DNA from: Muribaculaceae bacterium
GTDB lineage: Bacteria; Bacteroidota; Bacteroidia; Bacteroidales; Muribaculaceae
Reading direction: 5' to 3'
DNA length: 64,000 nucleotides
Assembly: GCA_022509185.1 (NCBI GenBank)
Contig: JAFLTS010000014.1
Location: 973 to 64,972 of the forward strand
Part shown: positions 46,443 through 57,122 of the stretch, piece after piece
How the letters are laid out: every line of letters begins with the position of its first letter
How positions within the stretch are numbered: the first letter of the stretch is position 1
The notes under the pieces: generated by a model
Told to the model about the DNA's origin: nothing
Databases searched by the model: none
Seen by the model: only the letters and a program-made list of their open reading frames with translations
Translations under genes and position numbers: made by a program

Positions 46443-48179
46443 CTATTTGAGTTTTGCCGTTAAGGTATTAGATGATGCAAATTTAGGTTTTTTATTTGAT
46501 TCTCCCAACGGAAGAATTACAGCATCCGCCGCACCAACAAATATAGATGTGGCATGGTCAGGAGCAAGACTTAATTTATAAGGTTTCTCCCATAATAAAT
46601 CGGTTGTAGTAATTATACCTTTAGGTAAATTAGCCATTTCAAAAGCTATTTGAGGTATATTTACCTGAAGTGTAGAGGATTCATTTGAAAAATTAACTGC
46701 AATTAAAAGAATATCCTCCTCTTTATATCTGATGAACACAAAATGCCTGTGAGGATTAAAACCCGGTTGACGTAAATTAACATACATGAGATCAAAGAAT
46801 TCCCCCTCACAGATTGCTTTATGAGAATTACAAAGTGTTAAAACCTTCTTATAAAGATTTCTAAGAAAACGTTCATGAGGGGTGAGAAGTTTATCTCCCC
46901 AATCTCCTCCGTTTATCCATCTTCTAAGATTCCCCAGGCTCCAATAGTCAAAGATAGTGGTTCGACAGTTATCTCCTGCAAAACCTTCATTTTCTTCACC
47001 TTTTTCTCCTAATTCCTGAGCATAATAGATCAAAAACGGACCTTTTGAAATCATAGCACTCACTACCAAAGAGGGCACTACTCTCATTGAATCACCGGCA
47101 TAAGCTTTCGATGCAAATCTCACTTCATCATGATTCTCAAGGAAATTAAGCATTCTATCGCCTATTCCATCTACTGTTTGCCAACAACCTGTAAGTTGAG
47201 CCGCACTCCAACCTTTAGTTTCAATACCCACTAAAGTGTCATAGAGGTTTACTTTGTCATAAAGATAATCGAAACACCCGTATTCAAGAAAAGGCCGATA
47301 TAGATTTATATCATAAATTTCTCCGATAAATATTATATCCGGATATTGTTGTTTAACTTGTGGAATGGCCCAATGCCAGAAAGGTAACGGGACCATAAAT
47401 ACCATATCGCAACGAAATCCATCTATACCTTTAGAACACCAATATCGTAGTATATGCAACATTTTGAGCCAGGTATCAGGCACAGGATCAAAATGATCTG
47501 AATGATCATTATAGTCATGACCATAGTTTAGTTTTACGGTTTCATACCAATCATTTTTCCCACAAAAAGCAGTGAAACAATCATTTCCTGTAGCTTTAGC
47601 AGGAAATTCCACATATGGTGTTGTTCCTTCAGCACCAAGATCAAAATCCGGATAGAACTGTTGATTAGAAATATAGTAATAGTTATTGTTTCTATCAAAG
47701 TTCATATGAATATTATCGTGTTTTCCAAAATCTTCAATTCCGGCAGGAGCCTTATCTGAATGGTAATGGCGGGCTGTATGATTAGGAACAAAGTCTATTA
47801 TAAATTTTAATCCGGCCATATGTGAACGTTTCACCAATGCTTCAAATTCTTCTATTCTCTTGTCCACATTAGTAGCCAATGCCGGATCTACATCATAATA
47901 ATCTTTTATAGCGTATGGAGAACCAGCCTCTCCTTTAACTACATTAGGATTATCAGGATCTATACCATACTTAGAGAAGTCAGTTTTTGTTGCATGTTCA
48001 ATAATACCGGTCATCCATACACAATTGACCCCAAGGTCTTTTATTCCAGCAAGAAGAGAGGGTGTAAAATCGTTGAATTTCCCACTTCCATTTCTTTGCA
48101 GAGGTCCCCAAGGAACACAATTTTCTGTTGAATTAGAAAATATTCGTGGGAAAAGTTGATATATTATAAGTTTCTCCAT
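46443..48179 (-). CDS. GH13 alpha-amylase family protein (cytoplasmic)
   Basis: GSPYAIKDYYD, DFVPNH, DGFRCDM, GEIY, ENHDE. Confidence 0.9.
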   Translation of the reverse strand: MEKLIIYQLFPRIFSNSTENCVPWGPLQRNGSGKFNDFTPSLLAGIKDLGVNCVWMTGIIEHATKTDFSKYGIDPDNPNVVKGEAGSPYAIKDYYDVDPALATNVDKRIEEFEALVKRSHMAGLKFIIDFVPNHTARHYHSDKAPAGIEDFGKHDNIHMNFDRNNNYYYISNQQFYPDFDLGAEGTTPYVEFPAKATGNDCFTAFCGKNDWYETVKLNYGHDYNDHSDHFDPVPDTWLKMLHILRYWCSKGIDGFRCDMVFMVPLPFWHWAIPQVKQQYPDIIFIGEIYDINLYRPFLEYGCFDYLYDKVNLYDTLVGIETKGWSAAQLTGCWQTVDGIGDRMLNFLENHDEVRFASKAYAGDSMRVVPSLVVSAMISKGPFLIYYAQELGEKGEENEGFAGDNCRTTIFDYWSLGNLRRWINGGDWGDKLLTPHERFLRNLYKKVLTLCNSHKAICEGEFFDLMYVNLRQPGFNPHRHFVFIRYKEEDILLIAVNFSNESSTLQVNIPQIAFEMANLPKGIITTTDLLWEKPYKLSLAPDHATSIFVGAADAVILPLGESNKKPKFASSNTLTAKLK

Positions 48180-48188
48180 ATTAAAAAA

Positions 48189-48992
48189 TTATCCAATTGA
48201 TTTTTCTAATACTTTCATAGCTGCATCATAACCAGCCATCACTCCTTTTCTAAGGGAGGATAAATCAAAGGTTGAGACTTGAGAAAGTTCATTTATTGTA
48301 ATTACGTAATCACAAAGCCTGATATCTTGTGCTATATTAGCTTTCAACATAAGATGATAGGAACGAAAGGCTATGTCCAGAAGAGATTTTTTACCAATAA
48401 AAGAATGTCGCAGAGGGCTACAATTACTTCCAAATAATGTAGAACAGTAACTTCTGATAGCCCAGGCGGGAAGATTTCTTAATACCCCCCCATCTACAAA
48501 ACTCACACCATTAATTTTTTGCGGATTAAAAACTATCGGTATGCTGCAAGAAGCCAAAACGCGCGGAACAATTTCTCCTTTACTCCAGCCTACTGATTTA
48601 CCATGATCAATATCTGTGGCGCACACTATGGTTGGTATAGAGAGATCTTCAAGTCTTTTTACCGGAAGCCATTCCTCAAGAAGTCTTCCAAAACGGTCAA
48701 GCTTAAGGAAGCCTTCACGAGGTAAAGCCCATTCTGTGAAATCTCCTAATTTAGAAGCTTCCGTGAAACATTTTATCATGTCGTTTGGAGACAAACCGGC
48801 TCCATATAAGGTAGCGGCAATAGCACCTGCCGACACACCCGACATTATGTCAGGTTTTATTCCGCTTCTTTCAAATGCCATTAAAACACCGATATGGGAA
48901 AAACCTTTAGCTCCTCCACCACTTAAGGCAAGGCCAACTGTATCTTTACGGATACCAATTCTCTCGAGCAGACTGTTTATTTTTATGGCCAT
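48189..48992 (-). CDS. Patatin-like phospholipase
   Basis: GGGAKG, GVSAG (Ser), DGG. Confidence 0.92.
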   Translation of the reverse strand: MAIKINSLLERIGIRKDTVGLALSGGGAKGFSHIGVLMAFERSGIKPDIMSGVSAGAIAATLYGAGLSPNDMIKCFTEASKLGDFTEWALPREGFLKLDRFGRLLEEWLPVKRLEDLSIPTIVCATDIDHGKSVGWSKGEIVPRVLASCSIPIVFNPQKINGVSFVDGGVLRNLPAWAIRSYCSTLFGSNCSPLRHSFIGKKSLLDIAFRSYHLMLKANIAQDIRLCDYVITINELSQVSTFDLSSLRKGVMAGYDAAMKVLEKSIG

Positions 48993-49003
48993 ATTATTAA
49001 CCC

Positions 49004-52000
49004 TTAATCCTCTTTTTTTTCCGTTTTAATCCTTATATCGCCAGATTTCTTATCTTCCGGCTTTTCTATTTTCTTACGTTTTTTAAGAAAGGTGAACCAA
49101 TCATCAAAATCTTTTCTATAAACTACACCGAGACCCTGGGTAGTTAAAGCTTCACGAAGATAATAATTTTGATCATTGAAATGGTTATAAGCCTTCAATC
49201 TTAAGTTACCATTCTTGCTTAAAAGATATTCAACATCAAAATCACCTACAAAAGTTGTGCTAGAATTACTTCGGTCTCTATAACCAAAGTTTCCATTAAT
49301 GAGCAAGCGATTATTAAGAAGACGAGAGGAGAGGGCTACGTCTACCTCAATATCGGAAAAATCACCTTTATCACTTCTGAAAGAGGGTGATACCGAGAAT
49401 TTATCGGTAAGTTGTCCTAACATATTTGAAAGCTGCGAAGAGATAGTAGAGGAAGCTACGGCAGCCAATTCACCACCATTACCTGTAGAACCCATATACT
49501 CAGGAGTATAAAAACGATTTAATGCCAACAGATAAATCACCTGTCTATTCATCATATCATCTGTAGATATAATACTTTTCACTTTCCTTTCCACATCCTG
49601 AGTTAAAGTAGGCAATTCTATATCGAATGTTATATCAGGCTGTTGCATATTACCAGTGACCGATAATACGGCATCGACAGGTACATTTGTTCGGTTAAGA
49701 TCTTTATCAGTAGAAAAACTTTTATCAAGGTCTGAAAGATTTGTATTTACTCTATAAGTTGCGCTTATATCAAGATCAGCGCCCAAAGGATTACCGTTGA
49801 AAGAAATATAACTTCCTTCTTTAATTTTAAAATCTCTCAAGATAATGTCCTGTAGAGAAAAATTATAGTTCCCCTCAACAATTTCATATTTGCCATACAT
49901 AGCCATTTCATCGTTATCGCTTTCATATTTAACTTGCATGGCTCCAGTGCCTCTTGCCGTTATTTTATCTCCAGCCGCGGGATCCATTACTAAAGTAAAC
50001 AGGACTTGAGGAGTAACTGTGGCTCTGATGTCTATAGCAAACTTAGAAAGGGAGTTTTCATTTTCAACCATTCTCTTCTTTAAGAGTTCTTTGAAATCAT
50101 TAGGAGAAAGAGAAAGTTTGGGAAGTTGTTCTTTCCTTTTATCTGAGAAAGTGAGGAATTCATAATCACGCGCATATTCTGTTTCATTCAACACGAATGT
50201 AAATGATGAATTCCCGGCCACTGTCATATCAGCAGATATATCTACCATCCCCGGAATCCCTTGTAAAAGCGCAGACCCTGTTCCAAAGAGAATGCCATAC
50301 CAATCCGGGTTCAATTCGGAGGTAGTGTCGTAACAAAGGAAATTTTCAGCATCTGAAAGGCGGAAAGTAAAGGAAGGATCATGAAAAAAACGATGGTTCA
50401 ATTGCCCTGAAAATAAAGCAGTATTTCCAAATTTATCATATAAACGGAAATTAGGGATTTCAATATTTCCCGGATTTAAAAAAACAGAATCCGATCCATG
50501 GTATATTGTATTTGTATAGTCAAGTTTTACGGCTACAGAATCGGCAAATATTTTCCCTGTCATATCAATATCATGGAAATTACCAAAAAGTTTCACCTCT
50601 CCTGAAGCAAATCCTCCTACATGTGAAGAGAATACCGCCATAAAAGGTTGAACAAAGTCTACAGGTACCTTATCAGCATTAATATCAAAGCATAAAGAAT
50701 CCCTTCCGAGCCATACACCTCCAGAAGCAAAAACCCTTCTTATATCATTATGAGAGATATCTGCGGAAATTTCTATTTCTTTTTCTTCATTATTCCATTT
50801 GCTTGATACTAAACATTTGCCAATTTTAGAACCGTTATATGAAAAGTCTTCTATACTAAAAGAATCAGTTTCCGCAACCGGATTACCACTTAACAGAGCG
50901 TGTCCGGAAATTTCCCCTGTAGCTGTCCCGCCGAAAGTAACATAATTGATTTGAAGCAGATCAAATACATAATCAACGTCTATATCTGCAAGATTTACTT
51001 TCAATACATCAGAATAAAGGGGAGAGGCCTTACCATTAATTTCTATGAATTGATCAGCATGATGAATTTTAAGATTATCAATTGATAAATATTTATCTGA
51101 ATAAGAAATGTGTGCAGGTTCTATATACCATTCATTCTGACCCATTTGTATAGTAGAAGGATTAAAATTCAGATCTATGACTGGTTGTGATGTAAAATGA
51201 TTTTTGGATAATAGGGTCTGAAGTGTAAGATGACCCTTAAAATCTGAATTTTCAGAATTTATCCATCTAATATCTGTGGAAATCTTATTGTTTTGTCCAA
51301 AAATATCCAGGTTCAAAGAAAGATCTCCGACTTTTACAGGCAAATTTGTTTGTATAAAAGAATGTAAAGTACCTTCCTTGCCATCTAACATTGCCGTAAT
51401 TTTGGTGTCGTATATAAGTTTATCTTTACCTTGCTGAAGATAAGGAACATCTATTTCTAAAGAAGCACTGTTATTTTCTGACTCGAGGGTCCCGGAAATA
51501 TTCACAGGTACAAGAAGACGAATAGGCAGGTTAAAAAATTCCGGTATAGTATTATTTTTTTTAATAAGTATATCAAAGTCTATATAAGAATCGGTTGAAG
51601 CCGAGTAAACAAATTCTTTAGTGGGAACGAAGGCAGGAAGAATTGAAGCTATTAGATTATTGAGATATCCCGGAAGGTCTTTCGGTATCATATTCCCTTC
51701 CACCCTTAAATCCACCCAGTCGCTTTTCAAATCAATATTATGAATGTTGTCTATAATGGCTGAATTAAGGTTAAGTTTGTTCAGTTTTAGGTTTTTTTTA
51801 TTGTCAGGAGATAAAAGAAGGAAATCCTTAAGCCATAGTTCTCCTTCTAAGTCATTAAGATTGTTGCCCTCGGCCTTCAGTTCCACCAATCCTGAAATCA
51901 GATAATTGTCATAAGATTTCATATCTATAATTTCAGACAGGTTCAAGTTCTGTATTTTCAAATCCAGATTTACATTTTTTAAATCCTGAGTCAGGGTTCC

Positions 52001-53545
52001 GTTGAAGTTGCTTTCTATATAACCGATTATATTATCTGCCAAAAAATCACCCTCTATAAGTTCTTTTTCTTTACTTAAGTTAAAAGAAAATCCCTCGATT
52101 TTTTTACCTTTAAAGGAAAGATCTTCAACCACTACGCTTAACATTCCGTCAGGGAGGCCTTCATTCCAATAACCTTCCGCTATAATATTTGAAGAAACAT
52201 AATCTATCGGTATTTGAGGAACAATCTTATTAAGTTGAAAATTGGAAATATTGACTTCTCCCTCACCTTGCATAGGTTTATTCCTTATACCTTTAATTCC
52301 ACCTTCGAAATATATTTGGCCAATACCTGTATTTATTTCAAGATTTCCATCGGCATTACCTAGGCTCAGATCTGTTATTAAGTTTCCTTTAATCTTAAGT
52401 TGTCCTATATTCTTTATTATTAAATCTACTTCCTTAGGAAGATTTAGAGGTATTGAATTCAATTTTTTCCAATAAGAAGGACTTATACTTAAATCAAGAT
52501 CAGAAACCTCACCTTTCAATTTAGAAAATTTAGTAAAATCTTCTACCTGTCCTATAAAAGATAAAAAAAGATATTCAGGATTGCCAAAGGAGAAATTATC
52601 TATATGAATAAATTCTGTATTTCCTTTTAACGAAATATTTAAATCCAAGGGCTCTTTTAAATCGGAAAGCTGAGGAAACAAGGAAGCAAAATCAGACGGT
52701 GTGATAAAACTTTGAGTAATTTTCAATTCTTGAGGGTTTCTTTGAAGATAATCCAAGAAGTTTTCATTCTCTTTCAAATCTATATCCAATGAAGGAATAT
52801 TTATAATAGATGAAGGAAGTTGAAGAATTAAATTACTGATCTGTATACCTGAACTCCCGAATTTACCTTTGAGTCCTATTTTCTGAAGGCGAGTAATATC
52901 AGGAATATTCATAGAGAGCCTGCGGAGGTCGACCATCACCTCATTTTCACTGATCTTTGGGAAAGATATATCAGCTGCCAGTTCTTTAATCTGAAGATAA
53001 CCTAAGTTTAGTTGTCCAATTTTTTTATCTTTTAGCCAATCTCGTGTGAATAATATAGAACTTTTTCTTAAGACTACATTTTTTAAAGAAAGATCGAAGC
53101 TTTTTTTTTCTTTTGTTTTATCGGGATTGGAAAACGCCTTAATAATAAAATCAATATTTAATGGAGCTTTCTCCTCTTTCTGTTCAATAAAAGCATCAAG
53201 ACCAATTATTTCACCGAAAGACAATTCGATTTTCTGCTCCCTTAACAGTTTCCAAATATTTATACCGGCTCCGATTGTTTCAACATCAAGGCATTTCTGA
53301 CCTTCCGGAGTGTAAACTTCAAGATTACTTATTTTAACTTCGTTAAAAGGAAAGACTTCAAGATCGCCAATTAGAATTTTACCACCTATTAAATTAGAAA
53401 CCTGGAGAGATATTTCATCCTTAATAAGATTCGTAAAATATGGGATAGAAAAAAACAGATAAATAAACACATAAATAGCCACAACAAACAAGGCCGCTGT
53501 GAAAATAATGCTTCGAAAGGTTTTATATATCCACCTTATAATCAT
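49004..53545 (-). CDS. tamB: TamB/AsmA-like translocation and assembly module protein
   Basis: 1513 aa; N-terminal TM; beta-rich; C-terminal DUF490-like LLNNRL.INGNFGYR..FVGDFDVEY. Confidence 0.85.
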   Translation of the reverse strand: MIIRWIYKTFRSIIFTAALFVVAIYVFIYLFFSIPYFTNLIKDEISLQVSNLIGGKILIGDLEVFPFNEVKISNLEVYTPEGQKCLDVETIGAGINIWKLLREQKIELSFGEIIGLDAFIEQKEEKAPLNIDFIIKAFSNPDKTKEKKSFDLSLKNVVLRKSSILFTRDWLKDKKIGQLNLGYLQIKELAADISFPKISENEVMVDLRRLSMNIPDITRLQKIGLKGKFGSSGIQISNLILQLPSSIINIPSLDIDLKENENFLDYLQRNPQELKITQSFITPSDFASLFPQLSDLKEPLDLNISLKGNTEFIHIDNFSFGNPEYLFLSFIGQVEDFTKFSKLKGEVSDLDLSISPSYWKKLNSIPLNLPKEVDLIIKNIGQLKIKGNLITDLSLGNADGNLEINTGIGQIYFEGGIKGIRNKPMQGEGEVNISNFQLNKIVPQIPIDYVSSNIIAEGYWNEGLPDGMLSVVVEDLSFKGKKIEGFSFNLSKEKELIEGDFLADNIIGYIESNFNGTLTQDLKNVNLDLKIQNLNLSEIIDMKSYDNYLISGLVELKAEGNNLNDLEGELWLKDFLLLSPDNKKNLKLNKLNLNSAIIDNIHNIDLKSDWVDLRVEGNMIPKDLPGYLNNLIASILPAFVPTKEFVYSASTDSYIDFDILIKKNNTIPEFFNLPIRLLVPVNISGTLESENNSASLEIDVPYLQQGKDKLIYDTKITAMLDGKEGTLHSFIQTNLPVKVGDLSLNLDIFGQNNKISTDIRWINSENSDFKGHLTLQTLLSKNHFTSQPVIDLNFNPSTIQMGQNEWYIEPAHISYSDKYLSIDNLKIHHADQFIEINGKASPLYSDVLKVNLADIDVDYVFDLLQINYVTFGGTATGEISGHALLSGNPVAETDSFSIEDFSYNGSKIGKCLVSSKWNNEEKEIEISADISHNDIRRVFASGGVWLGRDSLCFDINADKVPVDFVQPFMAVFSSHVGGFASGEVKLFGNFHDIDMTGKIFADSVAVKLDYTNTIYHGSDSVFLNPGNIEIPNFRLYDKFGNTALFSGQLNHRFFHDPSFTFRLSDAENFLCYDTTSELNPDWYGILFGTGSALLQGIPGMVDISADMTVAGNSSFTFVLNETEYARDYEFLTFSDKRKEQLPKLSLSPNDFKELLKKRMVENENSLSKFAIDIRATVTPQVLFTLVMDPAAGDKITARGTGAMQVKYESDNDEMAMYGKYEIVEGNYNFSLQDIILRDFKIKEGSYISFNGNPLGADLDISATYRVNTNLSDLDKSFSTDKDLNRTNVPVDAVLSVTGNMQQPDITFDIELPTLTQDVERKVKSIISTDDMMNRQVIYLLALNRFYTPEYMGSTGNGGELAAVASSTISSQLSNMLGQLTDKFSVSPSFRSDKGDFSDIEVDVALSSRLLNNRLLINGNFGYRDRSNSSTTFVGDFDVEYLLSKNGNLRLKAYNHFNDQNYYLREALTTQGLGVVYRKDFDDWFTFLKKRKKIEKPEDKKSGDIRIKTEKKED

Positions 53546-53580
53546 TTACGATGGTGCGTAAAAGGGCAAAATACTAATTG

Positions 53581-53588
53581 CAAATTTA
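53581..53588 (-). promoter_or_regulatory. -7 element TAAATTTG for the tamB operon
   Basis: CAAATTTA on + strand. Confidence 0.55.
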
Positions 53589-53625
53589 ATTAAAATCACT
53601 TGAAACCTATATTTCAAGAGTATAT

Positions 53626-53653
53626 AAAAAGAGAGATCCGGAAAGGATCTCTC
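53626..53653 (-). terminator. Terminator after clpB
   Basis: GAGAGATCC/GGATCTCTC stem with A5 (T tract on - strand). Confidence 0.8.
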
Positions 53654-53697
53654 AAAGTTTGAATAATTATAATAAAGTCAAGTATTGGGATTGGCTT

Positions 53698-56289
53698 TTA
53701 ATCATTGCTGAAGACCAATTCGTCTCCTTTACAATCAATCTTTATTGGCTTGTCACGATTAACCTTTTGTGCAAGAATATCTTTTGACAATTGATTAAGC
53801 ACCATACGTTGGATAGTACGTTTTACAGGTCGAGCCCCAAATTCAGGATCGTAACCATCTTCTGCCAGAAGTTCAAGAGCGGGCTTTGTAACCTCAAGTG
53901 TCACGCCATTCGAGGCCAACATCTTTTGAACGCTTCTTACCTGTAGATCTACAATTTCTTGAATTTCTTTCTTGTCTAACGGTGTAAATAATACTATCTC
54001 ATCAATTCGGTTAAGGAATTCAGGACGAATCTTCATTTTAAGAAGATCCATCACATCCTGTTTAGTTTTATATATGACCTCCTCTCTCTGACCTTCTTTC
54101 ATATTAGCGAAGTTTTCTCTAATAATGTTGGAACCTTCGTTAGAGGTCATGATAATGATAGTATTCTTAAAATTGATGAATCTTCCCTTATTGTCGGTGA
54201 GACGACCATCATCGAGAACCTGGAGAAGGATATTAAAGACATCCGGGTTAGCTTTTTCTATTTCATCAAATAGCACAACACTGTAAGGTTTACGACGTAC
54301 TGCTTCTGTAAGCTGACCACCTTCTTCATAACCAACATATCCCGGAGGAGCCCCAACCAATCGGGAAACCGAATGTTTCTCCATATATTCAGACATATCA
54401 ATACGAGTCATCATGTCTTCATCGTCGAATAGATATTCTGCCAGTGCCTTAGCAAGTTCAGTCTTACCAACACCTGTTGTACCAAGGAAAATAAAACTTC
54501 CGATAGGTCTCCGCGGATCATTTAGACCTGCCCTTGATCTTCTTACAGCATCGCTTACAGCTTTAATTGCATCTTCCTGACCTATCACTCTTCGATGTAG
54601 TTCCTCTTCAAGGTGAAGAAGTTTTTCTTTTTCACTTTGAGCCATCTTCTTAACAGGTATGCCAGTCCAACGGCTTACAATTTCAGCAATATCTTCAGCA
54701 TCTACTTCTTCTTTAATAAGAGCTCCTTCTCCTTGCATCTGATGAAGTTTCTCCTGGTACTGTTTAATCTCTTCTTCTTTCTGCTTGATTCTGCTATAGC
54801 GAATTTCAGCAACCTTTGCATAGTCTCCTTCACGTTCAGCTATTTCGGCTTCATGATTTAGTTGTTCTATGTCAATCTTATTCTGCTGTATCTTATTAAT
54901 TTCTTCTTTTTCAGCTTTCCATTTAGCAAGAAGAGATTTTTCAGTGTCGCGCAAGTTTGCTAAATCTTCGTCAATTTCCTTTATCTTATAATCATCGCCT
55001 TCTCGTTTGATAGCTTCACGTTCAATTTCGAGCTGTTTGATTTTTCTGGAAGCTTCATCTAATGCCTGTGGCATAGAGTCCATTTCGAGACGAAGTTTTG
55101 ATGCAGCTTCATCAATAAGGTCGATAGCCTTATCAGGTAAGAACCGGTCTGTAATGTATCTTACACTTAATTGAACAGCAGCAATTATGGCTTCATCCAT
55201 AATACGCACCTTATGGTGGTTTTCATATCTTTCTTTAAGTCCTCGAAGAATAGAAATTGCTGCTAATTCATCTGGTTCATCCACCATCACTTTCTGGAAA
55301 CGACGTTCCAGAGCTTTATCTTTTTCAAAGTATTTCTGATATTCATCCAGGGTCGTGGCACCAATTGAACGGAGTTCTCCACGAGCTAGAGCCGGCTTGA
55401 GTATATTGGCTGCATCCATAGCCCCTTCTCCCTTACCTGCTCCAACCAGAGTATGTATCTCATCTATGAATAGAATAATTTCACCATCGCTCTGGGTTAC
55501 TTCATTAACAATAGCTTTAAGCCTTTCCTCGAATTCTCCTTTATATTTAGCTCCTGCTACCAGAGCTCCCATATCGAGAGAATAAATCTGTTTGCTTTTT
55601 AGGTTTTCGGGTACATCGCCTCTTACTATTCTATGAGCTAAGCCTTCTGCGATTGCAGTTTTACCGGTTCCCGGTTCACCTACAAGCATAGGATTGTTCT
55701 TAGTTCTTCGAGAAAGTATCTGTAATACCCTTCTAATTTCTTCATCCCTTCCGATAACGGGGTCAAGCTTTCCGTTACGAGCTCTGTCGTTAAGATTGAT
55801 GGCATATTTTGAAAGAGCCTGATAAGATTCCTCAGCACTTTGCTGAGTTACTTTATTACCTTTTCTTAGTTCGTTGATGGCTGCTTTGAGACCCTCTTCG
55901 GTAATGCCTGCATCTTTGAGTATCTGTGAAGCTTTACAACGGGTTCTCAATATTCCCATGAGTATTGCTTCCACTGAAACATATTCGTCACCCATGGATT
56001 TAGAAAAATCAATAGCCTTCTGCAAAGCATCGTTGGATTCCCTGCTCAACGTTACATCTCCACCACTTACTTTTGGGAGGCTGCTGATATCTTTATCGAG
56101 AGCCTGAATCACCAAATTCAGATTAGCTCCTAATTTTTGAAAAACGAAATTTACAATTGTTTCGCTTTCTCCAATAAGAGCTTTAAGAATGTGTACGGGT
56201 TCAATGAGTTGTTGCCCGTTTTGTCGAGTGAGGTCGATAGCTTTTTGTATCACCTCTTGCGACTTGATTGTGAAGTTATTGAAATTCAT
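53698..56289 (-). CDS. clpB: ATP-dependent disaggregase ClpB
   Basis: Two AAA+ modules ([16 protein letters not shown]), long coiled-coil middle domain, GAPPGYVGY. Confidence 0.97.
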   Translation of the reverse strand: MNFNNFTIKSQEVIQKAIDLTRQNGQQLIEPVHILKALIGESETIVNFVFQKLGANLNLVIQALDKDISSLPKVSGGDVTLSRESNDALQKAIDFSKSMGDEYVSVEAILMGILRTRCKASQILKDAGITEEGLKAAINELRKGNKVTQQSAEESYQALSKYAINLNDRARNGKLDPVIGRDEEIRRVLQILSRRTKNNPMLVGEPGTGKTAIAEGLAHRIVRGDVPENLKSKQIYSLDMGALVAGAKYKGEFEERLKAIVNEVTQSDGEIILFIDEIHTLVGAGKGEGAMDAANILKPALARGELRSIGATTLDEYQKYFEKDKALERRFQKVMVDEPDELAAISILRGLKERYENHHKVRIMDEAIIAAVQLSVRYITDRFLPDKAIDLIDEAASKLRLEMDSMPQALDEASRKIKQLEIEREAIKREGDDYKIKEIDEDLANLRDTEKSLLAKWKAEKEEINKIQQNKIDIEQLNHEAEIAEREGDYAKVAEIRYSRIKQKEEEIKQYQEKLHQMQGEGALIKEEVDAEDIAEIVSRWTGIPVKKMAQSEKEKLLHLEEELHRRVIGQEDAIKAVSDAVRRSRAGLNDPRRPIGSFIFLGTTGVGKTELAKALAEYLFDDEDMMTRIDMSEYMEKHSVSRLVGAPPGYVGYEEGGQLTEAVRRKPYSVVLFDEIEKANPDVFNILLQVLDDGRLTDNKGRFINFKNTIIIMTSNEGSNIIRENFANMKEGQREEVIYKTKQDVMDLLKMKIRPEFLNRIDEIVLFTPLDKKEIQEIVDLQVRSVQKMLASNGVTLEVTKPALELLAEDGYDPEFGARPVKRTIQRMVLNQLSKDILAQKVNRDKPIKIDCKGDELVFSND

Positions 56290-56370
56290 TTTATTTCTAT
56301 ATGAGAGTTAAAATCAATTCAGATAATATCTCAGGTTAACTTTATCTTGCATTAAGCTTGTTTAATATAT

Positions 56371-56397
56371 TAACATTTAGTAAGGAAAATAGTTTAG
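56371..56397 (-). promoter_or_regulatory. Degenerate alternative-sigma-like motif CTAAAC-N15-ATGTTA upstream of clpB
   Basis: Resembles the ahpC/frc/tpx motif with a 1-nt shorter spacer. Confidence 0.4.
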
Positions 56398-56464
56398 CCT
56401 AATAAGGGTATTGGTTTAGGTTGTAATGGGGAAAGTCTGGAATATATATTTTTTTGTTAAAAAA

Positions 56465-56496
56465 TTTGGAAAAAGTTAATTCTATCAGTAATTTTG
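56465..56496 (+). promoter_or_regulatory. Housekeeping promoter TTTG-N20-TAATTTTG
   Basis: Full -33/-7 Bacteroides consensus. Confidence 0.65.
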
Positions 56497-56572
56497 CATC
56501 AAAATATGTTTTATAACACATTTTTAAAACAATACTTTAGGTTCAAACGTTATAAAACATAGAGATAATTCC

Positions 56573-56606
56573 GCTTGTGAGTCGCCTTGGTGGCGCGTAA
56601 ACAGGC
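56573..56606 (+). promoter_or_regulatory. GC-rich 5'UTR hairpin (candidate cis-regulatory RNA)
   Basis: GCTTGT/ACAGGC outer stem and CGCC/GGCG inner stem in AT-rich surroundings. Confidence 0.4.
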
Positions 56607-56630
56607 TAAGTGTAACTAAAATAGATTATT

Positions 56631-57077
56631 GTGAAATTTAAACATTTAATTTTGTCAATGATCGCAGCCGCATTTCTTACATCTGCAATATCAGTAGAAA
56701 AGAAACTTGAAGTGGGAAATACAGCTCCGATTATTGAAACAATGGCAGGAACAACTCTTCAAGAAGAGATTTCCGCCGGAGGAAAGAGGATGTTGATAAG
56801 TTTCTGGAATCCCAAAAAACCTTCATCTCGAATAGCCAACAAACAATTGGGAGAAGATTATTCAGATGATGAGAATGTAGAATTTATAAGTATATGCACA
56901 GATTCTGATGAATCCTTGATGCATGAAGTGATGAAAATAGATGGAGTCAAATCAGATAAAGCCTATTCCTATTCACAGATTTCATCAAGAGTTTTTAAAG
57001 ATTATGGAGTAGAAAACTCACCTTGTGCATTTATGATTTCAGAAAATGGCAAGATAACAGAAATAAAACCGATTTAA
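56631..57077 (+). CDS. Secreted thioredoxin-fold (TlpA/AhpC-TSA-like) protein lacking CxxC
   Basis: LEVGNTAP, LISFW, FISI..D, YGV...P..FMI..NGKI; WNPKKPSSR in place of WxxWCxxC; GTG start. Confidence 0.65.
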   Translation: MKFKHLILSMIAAAFLTSAISVEKKLEVGNTAPIIETMAGTTLQEEISAGGKRMLISFWNPKKPSSRIANKQLGEDYSDDENVEFISICTDSDESLMHEVMKIDGVKSDKAYSYSQISSRVFKDYGVENSPCAFMISENGKITEIKPI

Positions 57078-57092
57078 AACAATTAGAAAATA

Positions 57093-57122
57093 TGAGGGTC
57101 TTAGAAAAAACTAAGACCCTCA
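57093..57122. terminator. Hairpin overlapping the yigZ stop (convergent genes)
   Basis: TGAGGGTCTTAG-A6-CTAAGACCCTCA perfect 12-bp stem. Confidence 0.75.
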
